Origin: Microgenomates group bacterium
GTDB lineage: Bacteria > Patescibacteriota > Microgenomatia > UBA8517
Reading direction: 5' to 3'
Length of the DNA stretch: 60,500 nucleotides
Assembly: GCA_049301455.1 (NCBI GenBank)
Contig: JBAQKY010000025.1
Span: 1-60,500 of the forward strand
Shown: in pieces, positions 46,742 to 56,755 of the stretch
Layout: each line of letters starts with the position of its first letter
How positions within the stretch are numbered: the first letter of the stretch is position 1
The notes under the pieces: model-generated
What the model was told of the DNA's origin: nothing
The model's input: only the letters and a program-made list of their open reading frames with translations
The model's database searches: none
Position numbers and translations under genes: made by a program

Positions 46742-48481
46742 TTAAATCTTTTTGTCTTCAATCTCTTTTTTAACCATTTCTGTAAATTCAGACAATTTGT
46801 GATTTTTACTTTCTCCTGCACGATTTCTGACAGATACTTCATTATTTTCAATTTCTTTGTCACCTAAAACTAACATATATGGAACCTTTTCATTTTGGGC
46901 ATTTCTGATTTTATTACCAAGTGTTTCTGCTCTTTCATCAAGTTCTACTCTAATACCACTCTCTTTTAGTTGTTTAAGGACTTCATTTGCATAATCTAAA
47001 TGCTTTTCAGAAATTGGTAAAATTTTAATTTGGATAGGACTAAGCCAAGTTGGGAATGCGCCGCCAAAGTGTTCAATTAAAACACCTATAAATCTTTCAA
47101 GTGAACCATAGATAACTCTATGTATTGCAACAGGAGTCTTTGTCGTACCATCACTTGCTGAGTATTTTAAATTAAATCTTAATGGCTGTTGGAAATCCAA
47201 TTGTAATGTTCCCATCTGCCATTCTCTTCCAAGTGCATCTTTCATTAAAATATCAATTTTTGGTCCATAGAAGGCACCATCACCTTCAAGAACAAAATAA
47301 TCTTTTCCTGAATCTTCAAGCACCTGTTTAAGCTCGCTTTCAGCCTTGTCCCAAAGTTTTACATCACCCATGAATTTTTCAGGTCTTGTACCTAATCTGA
47401 ATTTGTACTTCAAATTAAATATTGAATAAAACCTTTCTGTTAAGGCAAATAACTTTTTATACTCATCAACTATTTGATCTTCTGTTACAAAAATATGTGC
47501 ATCGTCTTGCCTGAACTCTCTAATACGCAAGAGTCCGTTAAGTGTTCCAGATCTTTCGAATCTGTGAAGTGTGTCAGTATCGGAGAGCCTTAGTGGCAAA
47601 TCTCTGTATGATCTTGTTTCAGAGCCAAAAACAACCATAGCATTCGGACAATTCATTGGTTTTAAAGCATAAACTTCTCCTTCTTCTGTTTCACTCAAGA
47701 ACATATTTTCTTGATAATGATCCCAATGCCCTGATGTTTCGTATAATTCTTTTTTATTTATTAATGGAGAAAAGATTTCTTGGTAATTTTCTTTTTGATG
47801 TTCTACTCTCCAAAAATTTACAAGTTCATTGTATAAAGTAACTCCTTTCGGAAGCCAATATGCCATGCCTGGTGCGGTTTCGTGAAACATAAATAAACCA
47901 AGTTCTCTTCCTAACTTTTTATGATTTCTTTTTTCAGCTTCAGAAAGCATATTTATATAGTCATCAAGTTCTACTTTTGTTGGAAAACATGTTCCATATA
48001 TTCTAGTTAACATTTTATTTTTTTCATTACCTCTCCAATATGCACCTGCAATTGAAAGTAATTTAAAATGTTTTATTTCTGAATCTGGATGATTAACATG
48101 GCCGCCACGACACAAATCTGAATAGTTTCCAGAGTTGTAGAAAGTTAAATCTTTTCCTTCTCCTGAAAACTCTTCAATTAATTCTATTTTATATTCATTA
48201 TCTTTGTAGTACTCTTTTGCTTCATCTGTCGCTACGTCTTTTCTTTCAAAACCCTTCCATGATTTAACCAACTCCTTCATTTTGGATTCTATTTTCTCAA
48301 AATCGGATTCTGCGACTTTAACTTCTCCGAAGTCGAAGTCGTAATAGAAGCCATTTTCAATTGATGGTCCTATGGTTCTTTTGGCTGTTGGATATAGCTC
48401 TAAAACTGCAGCAGCAAGAAGGTGTGCACAGGAATGCCTTAAGTTGTCTAAATATTCTTTTGATTGTTTATCTGTCGCCAT
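46742..48481 (-). CDS. thrS: Threonyl-tRNA synthetase lacking the N-terminal TGS domain
   Basis: Editing/SAD motif RHSCAHLLAAAV, class II core (FRQDDAHIF, GTLQLDF) and an anticodon-binding C-terminus. Confidence 0.95.
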   Translation of the reverse strand: MATDKQSKEYLDNLRHSCAHLLAAAVLELYPTAKRTIGPSIENGFYYDFDFGEVKVAESDFEKIESKMKELVKSWKGFERKDVATDEAKEYYKDNEYKIELIEEFSGEGKDLTFYNSGNYSDLCRGGHVNHPDSEIKHFKLLSIAGAYWRGNEKNKMLTRIYGTCFPTKVELDDYINMLSEAEKRNHKKLGRELGLFMFHETAPGMAYWLPKGVTLYNELVNFWRVEHQKENYQEIFSPLINKKELYETSGHWDHYQENMFLSETEEGEVYALKPMNCPNAMVVFGSETRSYRDLPLRLSDTDTLHRFERSGTLNGLLRIREFRQDDAHIFVTEDQIVDEYKKLFALTERFYSIFNLKYKFRLGTRPEKFMGDVKLWDKAESELKQVLEDSGKDYFVLEGDGAFYGPKIDILMKDALGREWQMGTLQLDFQQPLRFNLKYSASDGTTKTPVAIHRVIYGSLERFIGVLIEHFGGAFPTWLSPIQIKILPISEKHLDYANEVLKQLKESGIRVELDERAETLGNKIRNAQNEKVPYMLVLGDKEIENNEVSVRNRAGESKNHKLSEFTEMVKKEIEDKKI

Positions 48482-48634
48482 ATTAAATATAATTATATAC
48501 TTAAGAAGACGATATCTCTATTGAAGATTCGTGGTTCCACTTCTCTTTTAACTCTTTCTCATTCAATTAATCTCTTTAGATTGGTTAATTCTAAATGCAA
48601 ACGATTAATTAACTGATACAAGTATCATATTGCA

Positions 48635-49609
48635 TTACTTGCTCTTTTGCAAATTTGGATATTTTTTGTCTACTTGTTCTTTTACCCAATTGTAATGAAT
48701 TTTAATTGCATCTTTTAATTTCCATTTTGGTTTCCAACCTGTTGACTTAATTAATTTGTCGCTAAAGTTTCTTGCTTTAACTCCAACTGGTCCATCAATA
48801 TGTTTAATTTTTAAATTTTTGCCAGAAGCATCTATTACATATTCTGCTAATTTATTAACTTCTACATATTCATTACTGCCTAAATTAACTGGCTCTTCAA
48901 TTTTTGATTTCATTAGTGTCCTGATTCCGTTAATTAAATCTTCAATATATGTAAAGCAACGAACAGCCTTTCCATCTCCCCAGACTTCTAAAAACGTCCC
49001 ATCTTTGGCCATCGCAGCTTTACGACATAGATCATCAGCTGCTTTCGGTTTTAACCCTTCCCAAGTTCCTTCAGGTCCAAAAGTGGTATGAAATCTAGCT
49101 ATTCTAACTTTTGTCTTATATTTTCTGGCATAGGCCAAAATCATTCTTTCTGTGTATAATTTTTCCCAACCATATTCATTTTCAGGATGTGCTGGATAGG
49201 CGTCATCTTCAGTAATTACTTTTTCGCCAACTTTCATATCTCTATAAATACAAACAGATGATGAGAAGAAATATTTTTTAACATTGGCTTTTACAGCTTC
49301 ATCAATCATGTATGCATTAATTAAAACATTTGAATACATCATTTCAGTTTCTTTGGGTACCATGTATCCTGCACCACCTCTGTCTGCAGCTAATTGATAG
49401 ACTTCATCAAAACCACCCGTAATTTTTAATGCTTTTTGGCAATTTTCTTTAATGCGAAGATCTAGAAGTTTAAATTCATCTGCGGAAGTTTTTGAAAAAT
49501 CAGGTTTTTTAATATCAACACCGCGAACAAAGTAGCCTTCTTTTTTAAGTTTTCTGACAAGGTGTGTACCTACAAATCCTCCTGCTCCACAAACTAAAGC
49601 CTTTTTCAT
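48635..49609 (-). CDS. NAD-dependent sugar epimerase/dehydratase (extended SDR; GDP-mannose 3,5-epimerase-like)
   Basis: VCGAGGFVGTHL Rossmann motif and YGWEKLYTE (YxxxK). Confidence 0.82.
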   Translation of the reverse strand: MKKALVCGAGGFVGTHLVRKLKKEGYFVRGVDIKKPDFSKTSADEFKLLDLRIKENCQKALKITGGFDEVYQLAADRGGAGYMVPKETEMMYSNVLINAYMIDEAVKANVKKYFFSSSVCIYRDMKVGEKVITEDDAYPAHPENEYGWEKLYTERMILAYARKYKTKVRIARFHTTFGPEGTWEGLKPKAADDLCRKAAMAKDGTFLEVWGDGKAVRCFTYIEDLINGIRTLMKSKIEEPVNLGSNEYVEVNKLAEYVIDASGKNLKIKHIDGPVGVKARNFSDKLIKSTGWKPKWKLKDAIKIHYNWVKEQVDKKYPNLQKSK

Positions 49610-49649
49610 GTAACAACAATTTATATGAAGTTTTACTCGAAGTCAAATA

Positions 49650-51464
49650 TTACTTAATCCCCATTGATTTCTTACGTCTTGCTTCTGCTTCATCAAGAAT
49701 CATTTTTCTGATTCTGATTGTTTTTGGAGTTACTTCTACGAGTTCTGTGTCATCAATATATTCTAACGCATCATCCAAAAGCATTTCTTTTGGTGTATTG
49801 AAATGTTCTGCAGATCCATCACCTTTTGATCTCATGTTTGATAGTTGTTTTTCTTTACAAACGTTAACTTGCATATCACCAGCTCTACTGCTTTGTCCAA
49901 CAACTTGTCCTTTGTATACTTTTGTTGCAGGTCCAATAAATAATTGTCCTTGGTCTTGTACATTAACAAGTCCATAGAGTCTTGTTTCTCCTGTTTCAAA
50001 TGCAATCATTGATCCTCTATCTCTTTTTCTTGTAAAACCATCATCAGGTAGGTAATCAAAAAATGCAGTATTCATAATACCCATGCCTTTTGTGTCTGTA
50101 ATAAGTTCACCTCTAAAACCAATTAATTCCTTAGTTGAAACTGTAAACTCAAGCGCCACAATTCCTTCTTCGTTTTTATACATATCATCCATTTTGGCAT
50201 GTCTTACACCCATGTGTTGGATTACAACGCCTGAATGTTCCTCTGGGACGTCTATATAGACCTTTTCAAATGGGGTTAGGACCTTTCCATCTACTGTTTT
50301 GTTAATAACATATGGTCGTGATACTGCAAACTCATATCCCTCTCTTCTCATTCTTTCAATTAAAATTGCTAAATGTAGTTCTCCTCTTCCACAGACTGTC
50401 CATGTTCCATCAGGATTGTCATATACTTTCAAGGCTACGTCTGTGTCTAATTCTTTATATAGTCTTTCTCTAATTTGGCTTGAAGTTTTAAAATCTCCTT
50501 CACGTCCTCCAAATGGAGAATCGTTAACCATGAAGACCATCTTAACTGTTGGTTCTTCAATTGAAATAACTGGAAGCGGCATTGGGTTGTTTACATCTGC
50601 AATTGTTTCTCCAATTGTTGCATCAAGTATTCCAGTAACAGCAACGATATCGCCTGCAATAGCCTCAGTTTCTTCTTGTTTTGCCAAGCCTTTAAAAGTT
50701 GTGATTGATGTTATTTTTCCTTTTGATTGGACACCTTCTCTGTTTATGTGTATAACATCAGAATTTGCCAAAAGTTTTCCATTTTTAATTCTTCCAATAG
50801 CAATTCTTCCTTTGTAATTGTCTTTTCCGATATTACTAACAAGCATTTGAAGTGGTTTTTCAGGATCAGCATCAGGAGCTGGAACATAACTTAATATTTC
50901 TTCAAAAATAGGGGTAATATCTGTCATTATTGCAAGATCTGGTTCTTTTCCTGCTAAACCGTCTCGTCCTGATGCATAAATTGTAGGGAACATTGCAATA
51001 TCCTCACTTGCACCCAGTTCAACAAACAAATCAAATGTTTTTCCTTCTACCCACTTTGATCTTGCACCTTGCTTATCAATTTTATTAACTATGACAATAA
51101 TCTTAAGACCCATTTTGAGTGCGTGTTTTAAGACAAATCTGGTTTGAGGCATTGGACCTTCTTTGGCATCAACCAATAAGAGCGCTCCATCAGCCATTGA
51201 AAGAACACGTTCTACTTCACCACCAAAATCAGCATGGCCTGGAGTGTCAATGATGTTTATTTTTGTACCTTTGTACATTACTGAAGCATTTTTACTAAAA
51301 ATGGTGATTCCTCTTTCGCGTTCTAGATCATTACTGTCCATTATTGCTTCCTGATCAGCAACATCTTTTTTAAGTTCTGTGTGTGATTGACGCAAAAGTG
51401 CATCCACAAGTGTGGTTTTTCCATGATCAACGTGGGCAATGATAGCAACGTTTCGTATATCCAT
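49650..51464 (-). CDS. typA: Translational GTPase TypA/BipA
   Basis: IRNVAIIAHVDHGKTTLVDALL, DTPGHADFGGEV and NKID, with EF-G-like domains. Start placed at Met3. Confidence 0.95.
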   Translation of the reverse strand: MDIRNVAIIAHVDHGKTTLVDALLRQSHTELKKDVADQEAIMDSNDLERERGITIFSKNASVMYKGTKINIIDTPGHADFGGEVERVLSMADGALLLVDAKEGPMPQTRFVLKHALKMGLKIIVIVNKIDKQGARSKWVEGKTFDLFVELGASEDIAMFPTIYASGRDGLAGKEPDLAIMTDITPIFEEILSYVPAPDADPEKPLQMLVSNIGKDNYKGRIAIGRIKNGKLLANSDVIHINREGVQSKGKITSITTFKGLAKQEETEAIAGDIVAVTGILDATIGETIADVNNPMPLPVISIEEPTVKMVFMVNDSPFGGREGDFKTSSQIRERLYKELDTDVALKVYDNPDGTWTVCGRGELHLAILIERMRREGYEFAVSRPYVINKTVDGKVLTPFEKVYIDVPEEHSGVVIQHMGVRHAKMDDMYKNEEGIVALEFTVSTKELIGFRGELITDTKGMGIMNTAFFDYLPDDGFTRKRDRGSMIAFETGETRLYGLVNVQDQGQLFIGPATKVYKGQVVGQSSRAGDMQVNVCKEKQLSNMRSKGDGSAEHFNTPKEMLLDDALEYIDDTELVEVTPKTIRIRKMILDEAEARRKKSMGIK

Positions 51465-51569
51465 ATGCAAAAGGAAAGCTAATTATATCCTATAGCGAGC
51501 TAAAAACAAAGTATCTGTTTCAAGCGAGATAAGAGGAGAAACATTCTTTACCTATGATTATTGTATCAT

Positions 51570-52310
51570 TTACTTTAATTTTTTGACAGCTTCAGTATCT
51601 ACATTGTAATAATATAGATTTTCAGGATCTTCTGTATCGCCAATTAATTTATTTGAAACTACCATTATTCTAGAGCAATTTTCATACTTTTCTGTATTTT
51701 TAATAATGTTGATATAGGCATCTGCAACTTTGTCGACGTCCATTGTATCTGACCATTCAAATTCATTGTCTTTGACTTCATCATTCAGTCTATGTTGAAG
51801 CGGTGTATTTACATATGACGGGAGTATATTAATAATTTTAAGGTTTTTATTCTCTAACGCTATGGCGTCAAAATAAATGTTAAGTGATGATTTTGAGGCA
51901 CTATATAATCCATAATCAATTCCAGTCCATCTATCGCTTGTTGAGGAAGTATTAATAATTAATCCACCTGCTAGTTTATTTTTTAATAGGGTTGTTAAAT
52001 AAATTGGTGCTTTAAAGTTTAAATCAAACATCTTGTAAAAATCTTCGCTAGTTAATTCTAACGACCTTAACTTAAATGCAGTTCCTGCGTTGTTTATAAG
52101 TAAGTCGATATTCTCCTCTTTGATTAATTTAGTGGTTTCTTTTATTTCTTCTTGATTATATAAATCACATTTGATCCAAACAAAGTTATTATTATCAATT
52201 TTAGTTTCAGATCTAGAAATACCATAGACTTTGTAACCTTCATTAAGAAGTTTTGAAGTAACAGAATATCCTATTCCATAGCTTGATCCTGTAACGATTG
52301 CAGTTTTCAT
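51570..52310 (-). CDS. Short-chain dehydrogenase/reductase (classical SDR)
   Basis: Motifs TAIVTGSSYGIG, NNAG and YSASKSS (YxxxK). Confidence 0.85.
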   Translation of the reverse strand: MKTAIVTGSSYGIGYSVTSKLLNEGYKVYGISRSETKIDNNNFVWIKCDLYNQEEIKETTKLIKEENIDLLINNAGTAFKLRSLELTSEDFYKMFDLNFKAPIYLTTLLKNKLAGGLIINTSSTSDRWTGIDYGLYSASKSSLNIYFDAIALENKNLKIINILPSYVNTPLQHRLNDEVKDNEFEWSDTMDVDKVADAYINIIKNTEKYENCSRIMVVSNKLIGDTEDPENLYYYNVDTEAVKKLK

Positions 52311-52337
52311 AAATTACTCCGTATTTTCGGAGCTTTG

Positions 52338-52408
52338 TGGACCTAGGGAGAATCGAACTCCCGTTACATGACTGCCAGCCACGTGTCCTACCATTGAACG
52401 ACAGGCCC
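52338..52408 (-). tRNA. tRNA-Ala (anticodon GGC), CCA not encoded
   Basis: Manual cloverleaf: acceptor GGGCCUG/UAGGUCC with the G3:U70 Ala identity pair, anticodon loop CUGGCAG and T arm GGGAG-UUCGAUU-CUCCC. Confidence 0.85.
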
Positions 52409-52426
52409 AACATAACTAAAACCTTG

Positions 52427-52499
52427 TGGACCCCCCGAGACTCGGACTCGGAACCTATTCAACGTCAATGAATCGCTCTACCAATTGAGCTAAGGGTCC
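52427..52499 (-). tRNA. tRNA-Val (anticodon GAC), CCA not encoded
   Basis: Manual cloverleaf: acceptor GGACCCU/GGGGUCC, D arm GCUC-AAUUGGUA-GAGC, anticodon arm AUUCA-UUGACGU-UGAAU and T arm CCGAG-UCCGAGU-CUCGG. Confidence 0.8.
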
Positions 52500-52563
52500 A
52501 GAAAACAATTTGTATTTTACACCATAATTTAAATTATTAGAAGAAGGCTAAAATACTAATTAA

Positions 52564-53202
52564 TTACCCAGCGCTTCTCTGTGAGTAGTGGTCAGGAGAA
52601 AGTAGGAAGCTTGCACCTTTCTTTTTGTATTGTGACCAATAGTTTTTCTTTTCTGATCTTTTGCTTTGTCCTTGCATCCAAACAACTGCACCATCAATTT
52701 TCTTTCTGAAATCTGAAATTAATTTAATAATATTTTCAAAAAAGTTAATTTGATATTCAGAAGGATCAACAACACCTGAAAGTACTGCATTTCTAACTTC
52801 TTGTGACAAACTTGCAGTTGAAGCAATCATTTGTGATGCTTCAGTTTGGATTGCTTGAAGTCTTAATCTAAGCTCTTGTAATTTCTTTTGAGTTTCGTTT
52901 CTTTCTTCTGAAAAAAGTCTTCTTTCAAAATACATTTGTTCCTGAAGCTTTTTATTTTTTTGTTCCTGTCCTGACATTACTTCAGAGACGTTGACAGATG
53001 ATCCTACCTCAAGATTTGTTGATCTTTTTTCTTGTGACTTCTTTTGTTGACCCAGAAGTTGTCTGAAGAACTCATCACTTACAGCTTTTGTTTCATCCTT
53101 TGCAGTATTAACTACGCTTGATCCAATTTCATTAATAGCCTCAAGCACGTTCTTAGTCTTGATTTGTTTCTGTAGTTTGGCCTTTTGGTTTTTGTCTGTC
53201 AT
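52564..53202 (-). CDS. Hypothetical coiled-coil protein, 212 aa
   Basis: Intact Lys/Gln/Glu-rich ORF. No family recognised. Confidence 0.55.
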   Translation of the reverse strand: MTDKNQKAKLQKQIKTKNVLEAINEIGSSVVNTAKDETKAVSDEFFRQLLGQQKKSQEKRSTNLEVGSSVNVSEVMSGQEQKNKKLQEQMYFERRLFSEERNETQKKLQELRLRLQAIQTEASQMIASTASLSQEVRNAVLSGVVDPSEYQINFFENIIKLISDFRKKIDGAVVWMQGQSKRSEKKNYWSQYKKKGASFLLSPDHYSQRSAG

Positions 53203-53235
53203 TTGTCACAAACTCCTTTTCTTTGGCCTATTGTA

Positions 53236-54051
53236 CTACTTTGGAGATATTTTTTCCAAAGCTGACCTTCTAAGGATGACTCTTCTTAGCATGTCTCTTT
53301 GTTCTTTGCCGACTTTAGCTACGTCTTCGCCAGTAGTTTTAATTAATTCATCGATCTCTTTTTCTGTAACCTCAATTTTTTCTTGGTTTGAAATTTCATT
53401 TAATATTAACTCTAAGGCAATGGCGTCTCTTGATTGGATATCATATTCGCCGCGAAGTCCTTCTGGAGTTTTACCAACACTCTTTAGGTATCCTTCAAGT
53501 GTTAGACCTAATCTTTCAATTCTTTCCAAAACTTGTGAAAGCCTTCCATTGACTTCTTCTTCGATTAGTAATCTTGGAATTTCTATTTTTACGGCTTCAA
53601 GCAAAGATTTAACTAAAACATTCTGGTCCTTTTCATCCTTCTTGAGTTTCTTTTTGTAATCTTTTGGAAGTATAACTTGTGGAAGTTCACAAGTAACAGC
53701 TTTAACTTGCCATTCTGTATCGTTGGCAACATTTTTAGAAGAAGTAATTTTAATTGCATCAAATTTTGGATAAATTGCAGGGTTGTATTTATGTTCTTCA
53801 ACTGAATCGGAAAATGCTTTTGGTAAAATGTGACTTAAAATGTGTTCAGTTAGTTTTTCCTCACTAACTGCTTCCTCAACTTTTGCAATTGGAGCTTTTC
53901 CTTTTCTGAATCCTGCAACAACTGCATCTTTTGCAAATTCATTTAATGTATCTTCTTTGTTTGAAAGAATAACACTTGCTGGGATTGTAAAAATAATCTC
54001 AACATTACCGTTTTCTAATTTTTTAAATGTTGATGTAACTTTGCCTGACAT
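53236..54051 (-). CDS. tig: Trigger factor-like chaperone lacking the PPIase domain
   Basis: N-terminal ribosome-binding signature VAGFRKGKAP and C-terminal arm region (IEIPRLLIEEEVNGRL...). Only about 271 aa and no FKBP segment. Confidence 0.72.
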   Translation of the reverse strand: MSGKVTSTFKKLENGNVEIIFTIPASVILSNKEDTLNEFAKDAVVAGFRKGKAPIAKVEEAVSEEKLTEHILSHILPKAFSDSVEEHKYNPAIYPKFDAIKITSSKNVANDTEWQVKAVTCELPQVILPKDYKKKLKKDEKDQNVLVKSLLEAVKIEIPRLLIEEEVNGRLSQVLERIERLGLTLEGYLKSVGKTPEGLRGEYDIQSRDAIALELILNEISNQEKIEVTEKEIDELIKTTGEDVAKVGKEQRDMLRRVILRRSALEKISPK

Positions 54052-54088
54052 GGCGGAATTATAACATAATATCATTAACTAAGAATAG

Positions 54089-54646
54089 TTAATTTTGGAA
54101 TTTGAAGGACCTTAGTATTTTTAGTAAAACCTCCTTTTCATTGTCGTCAGCATAATTACCAAGTAGCTCAAAACATGTACTATTATGTCGGATTGGCATT
54201 TGCACTTTAAAATCTGTGGAACCATATTTTAAATTGTTAAGTTGATTGCTATCGATTTGATTATCTTTAGAATTTAATCCAAAGACACATTGGGATTTTC
54301 CTTCGCTAAATAAAGTAATTTGTAAAAAAATATCGTTGTTATCAATCTTGTGAATATGTGTTGAAGAATAGTATTCACAATCTTCATTTTCTTGGCATTC
54401 TTTGATAACCCAATCTTTGGGGACTGAAAATGAATAATTCATAAACCTGCTTTTATACAAATTCCAGTCTTTATAAAGTGGTGATTCAACTAATTGGATT
54501 TTGACAAGGTTTTTAGTAGGAGACTTTCTCAATTCGGCGGTTTTGTTTTGATGAATTTGGGTTAAATATAAATTTATTATTTTTGTAATTAATAAGAAGA
54601 ATAAAGATAAAGCACAAATTAATACAATAACAACTCTCTTGTTCAT
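54089..54646 (-). CDS. Hypothetical membrane-anchored protein, 185 aa
   Basis: N-terminal TM segment (VVIVLICALSLFFLLI). No family recognised. Confidence 0.55.
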   Translation of the reverse strand: MNKRVVIVLICALSLFFLLITKIINLYLTQIHQNKTAELRKSPTKNLVKIQLVESPLYKDWNLYKSRFMNYSFSVPKDWVIKECQENEDCEYYSSTHIHKIDNNDIFLQITLFSEGKSQCVFGLNSKDNQIDSNQLNNLKYGSTDFKVQMPIRHNSTCFELLGNYADDNEKEVLLKILRSFKFQN

Positions 54647-54820
54647 TTATGCTCCCTTGTGTTGATTAATTCTGACTTTAGGTAGATTAACATTACCTTT
54701 TGGAGTAGGCATATTTGAAAGCTTAGTTAGTCTTGATAAATTAGCCTGACCTTTTTTATCAAACATAGAAACTCTAGGTCCAAAACTAGATAAACTTGAC
54801 TTTGTTTGTATACTTGACAT
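54647..54820 (-). CDS. Possible 57-aa small protein, below the ORF-track cutoff
   Basis: Manual translation: MSSIQTKSSLSSFGPRVSMFDKKGQANLSRLTKLSNMPTPKGNVNLPKVRINQHKGA. Its stop abuts the next gene's ATG (TAAATG). Confidence 0.3.
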   Translation of the reverse strand: MSSIQTKSSLSSFGPRVSMFDKKGQANLSRLTKLSNMPTPKGNVNLPKVRINQHKGA

Positions 54821-54945
54821 GGATATAGTATACTACATTTGCCATCCGCAAGGTTAATGAGAATAGAGTTTAATTAAATTGACTTTTATTTGAGTCCCCA
54901 AGGTAAGGTACACACTAGAATCGAGGTGAGTATTTAAACACACAT

Positions 54946-55197
54946 ATGAAAAAATTATTTATTGGAAATTTGTCATGGGAAGTAACTTCCGATGATTTGA
55001 GAGCATTTTTTGCAAGCTTTGGAACAGTTATTGATGCCGTAGTTATTATGGATAGAATGACTGGAAGAAGCAGAGGCTTTGGTTTCGTTGAAATGGAAAC
55101 TGAAGATCAAGCAAATAAAGCATTAGAAGCTAACGGAAAAGAACTTAAGGGAAGAGCTATGAACGTAAACATGGCAAAACCTCAAGAGAATCGTTAA
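54946..55197 (+). CDS. RRM-type RNA-binding protein
   Basis: RNP-2 (KLFIGNL) and RNP-1 (RGFGFVEM) motifs in an 83-aa protein. Confidence 0.9.
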   Translation: MKKLFIGNLSWEVTSDDLRAFFASFGTVIDAVVIMDRMTGRSRGFGFVEMETEDQANKALEANGKELKGRAMNVNMAKPQENR

Positions 55198-55245
55198 TTC
55201 TTTTGTTTAATACAATAACCCCAAAGCGGGTCATTTTAACTAAAA

Positions 55246-56253
55246 TTAAATTGAAAGCGCAGGGGTTTTGTAGTGTTCAAAGAAGTCTAATGATTGACTT
55301 ATAGCCTCGTTCCAAAGTGGATTCATATTATGGTCTGCTCCTATATGGTTATAGTTTGTTACATCTTTTTCAAGTGTTTTCATTTTCTTTAGAAATCTGT
55401 CTCTCCATTCAGTTGATATTGCATCGTCATTTGTTCCAAAGTGGTATTCAATTGGAGCATTTATGCTTTCAAAGTACTTTGTAAAATTAAATTTATCTGT
55501 GTCGTATTCGCTTTCAAATTTCGCAAGCTCTTTTCTTATGAATTTTCCACCATCATCAGATTCGTTTGTGTAATATAGAATTGAATAAGGAAACCCTTCT
55601 GTTACTGGGGCCCAAAGAACTGTTGGATAATTCCCTCCTGTAACCTCAAGTGTGGTTAGCGCAATCTGGCCTCCGTTGCTGTGGGCCCAAATAAATATAT
55701 TTTTTCCATCCCAGTTTGGAAAGTTTTCTTTGTCAATTGATTTTAATAAAGTTAAAACAGTTGTATAAGTTTGAAATCTAGTTTCAAAGATATTTGAGGA
55801 TTCACTACTGGAACCTCCATACCCCAAAAAATCAGGAGCCAGAGTTATGTATCCATTATCTCTAAAGTATTCTCCAACTCTTTTGGTACCTACGCCAGTC
55901 TGATAAATTGATTGATCTACATAACCTCGTAGTAAGACAACCACAGGCTGTAAGTCATTGGTCGTTGGCTTGTTTATGAGCCCAGTAACTTTTTTAGGCT
56001 CATAATTCTTTTTGTATTGTAATGTTGGGTCAAATTCAAAATTAAAGATATTGTCCTCAATATTTATTTTTACAGGTTTGACATCTGTTTTAGAAAGATT
56101 TTCAATTGTATATTTTTCTAGTGGTTTTGGTTTATTCCAACTTGGTAAATCTGTATCCTGACTCAAATAATTTTTAAACGTTTCGTTTCCCCACCAACCC
56201 AACGAAATTAAAACAAATGAAGATAGAAGAAAAAATATTACTTTCTTAAACAT
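55246..56253 (-). CDS. Secreted or anchored alpha/beta hydrolase (prolyl-oligopeptidase/esterase-like), from Met38
   Basis: N-terminal TM segment and IWAHSNGGQIAL (G/AxSxG elbow). The Met38 start avoids overlap with the divergent gene. Confidence 0.68.
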   Translation of the reverse strand: MFKKVIFFLLSSFVLISLGWWGNETFKNYLSQDTDLPSWNKPKPLEKYTIENLSKTDVKPVKINIEDNIFNFEFDPTLQYKKNYEPKKVTGLINKPTTNDLQPVVVLLRGYVDQSIYQTGVGTKRVGEYFRDNGYITLAPDFLGYGGSSSESSNIFETRFQTYTTVLTLLKSIDKENFPNWDGKNIFIWAHSNGGQIALTTLEVTGGNYPTVLWAPVTEGFPYSILYYTNESDDGGKFIRKELAKFESEYDTDKFNFTKYFESINAPIEYHFGTNDDAISTEWRDRFLKKMKTLEKDVTNYNHIGADHNMNPLWNEAISQSLDFFEHYKTPALSI

Positions 56254-56275
56254 TAATCTATTATATAATAAATAC

Positions 56276-56755
56276 ATGCAAACTCTTATTCTTCCGGGAT
56301 ACTCAGCTTCAAACAAAGAATGGGTTGATGAAACTGCAAAAAATTTAAAAGTTGAAGGTACCATTCGACCTTTCTATTGGATGCATTGGACAGATGAAAA
56401 CAGTAAATTTGATGTTCAAGAAAAGGCAGACTTAATTGCAAAACATTTAAGAGGTGAAAAGGCAAATATTATTGCAAAATCTATTGGAACATTGGTTGCA
56501 AGTTTGGCTATCAAGACAATATCTGATCAAATTAATAAAGTTATTTTTTGTGGTATTCCTTTAAATGATATTAGTAAAGAAGAATTAGAAATTATTAAAT
56601 CAGTTGCAAAAAGTTTAGGAGATAAAATTATTATTATTCAAAACTCAAATGATCCACATGGTACTTTTAATGAAATTAAGGATTTTGGTATAGTAATTGA
56701 AAAAGAAGGAAATACCCACAACTATCCATATTTTGAGGAATTTAAATTTACTTAA
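56276..56755 (+). CDS. Small alpha/beta hydrolase-fold protein (YdeN/RBBP9-like size class)
   Basis: 159 aa with LILPGYSAS, IIAKSIGTLVA and a late NDPHG. Confidence 0.55.
   Translation: MQTLILPGYSASNKEWVDETAKNLKVEGTIRPFYWMHWTDENSKFDVQEKADLIAKHLRGEKANIIAKSIGTLVASLAIKTISDQINKVIFCGIPLNDISKEELEIIKSVAKSLGDKIIIIQNSNDPHGTFNEIKDFGIVIEKEGNTHNYPYFEEFKFT

Noticed and set aside
48482-48634. T-box or leader-peptide regulation upstream of thrS (and tyrS)
   Set aside because: There is no Thr-codon-rich mini-ORF, no specifier/T-box motif and no alternative hairpin pair. Both genes instead show promoters placed directly at the start codon.
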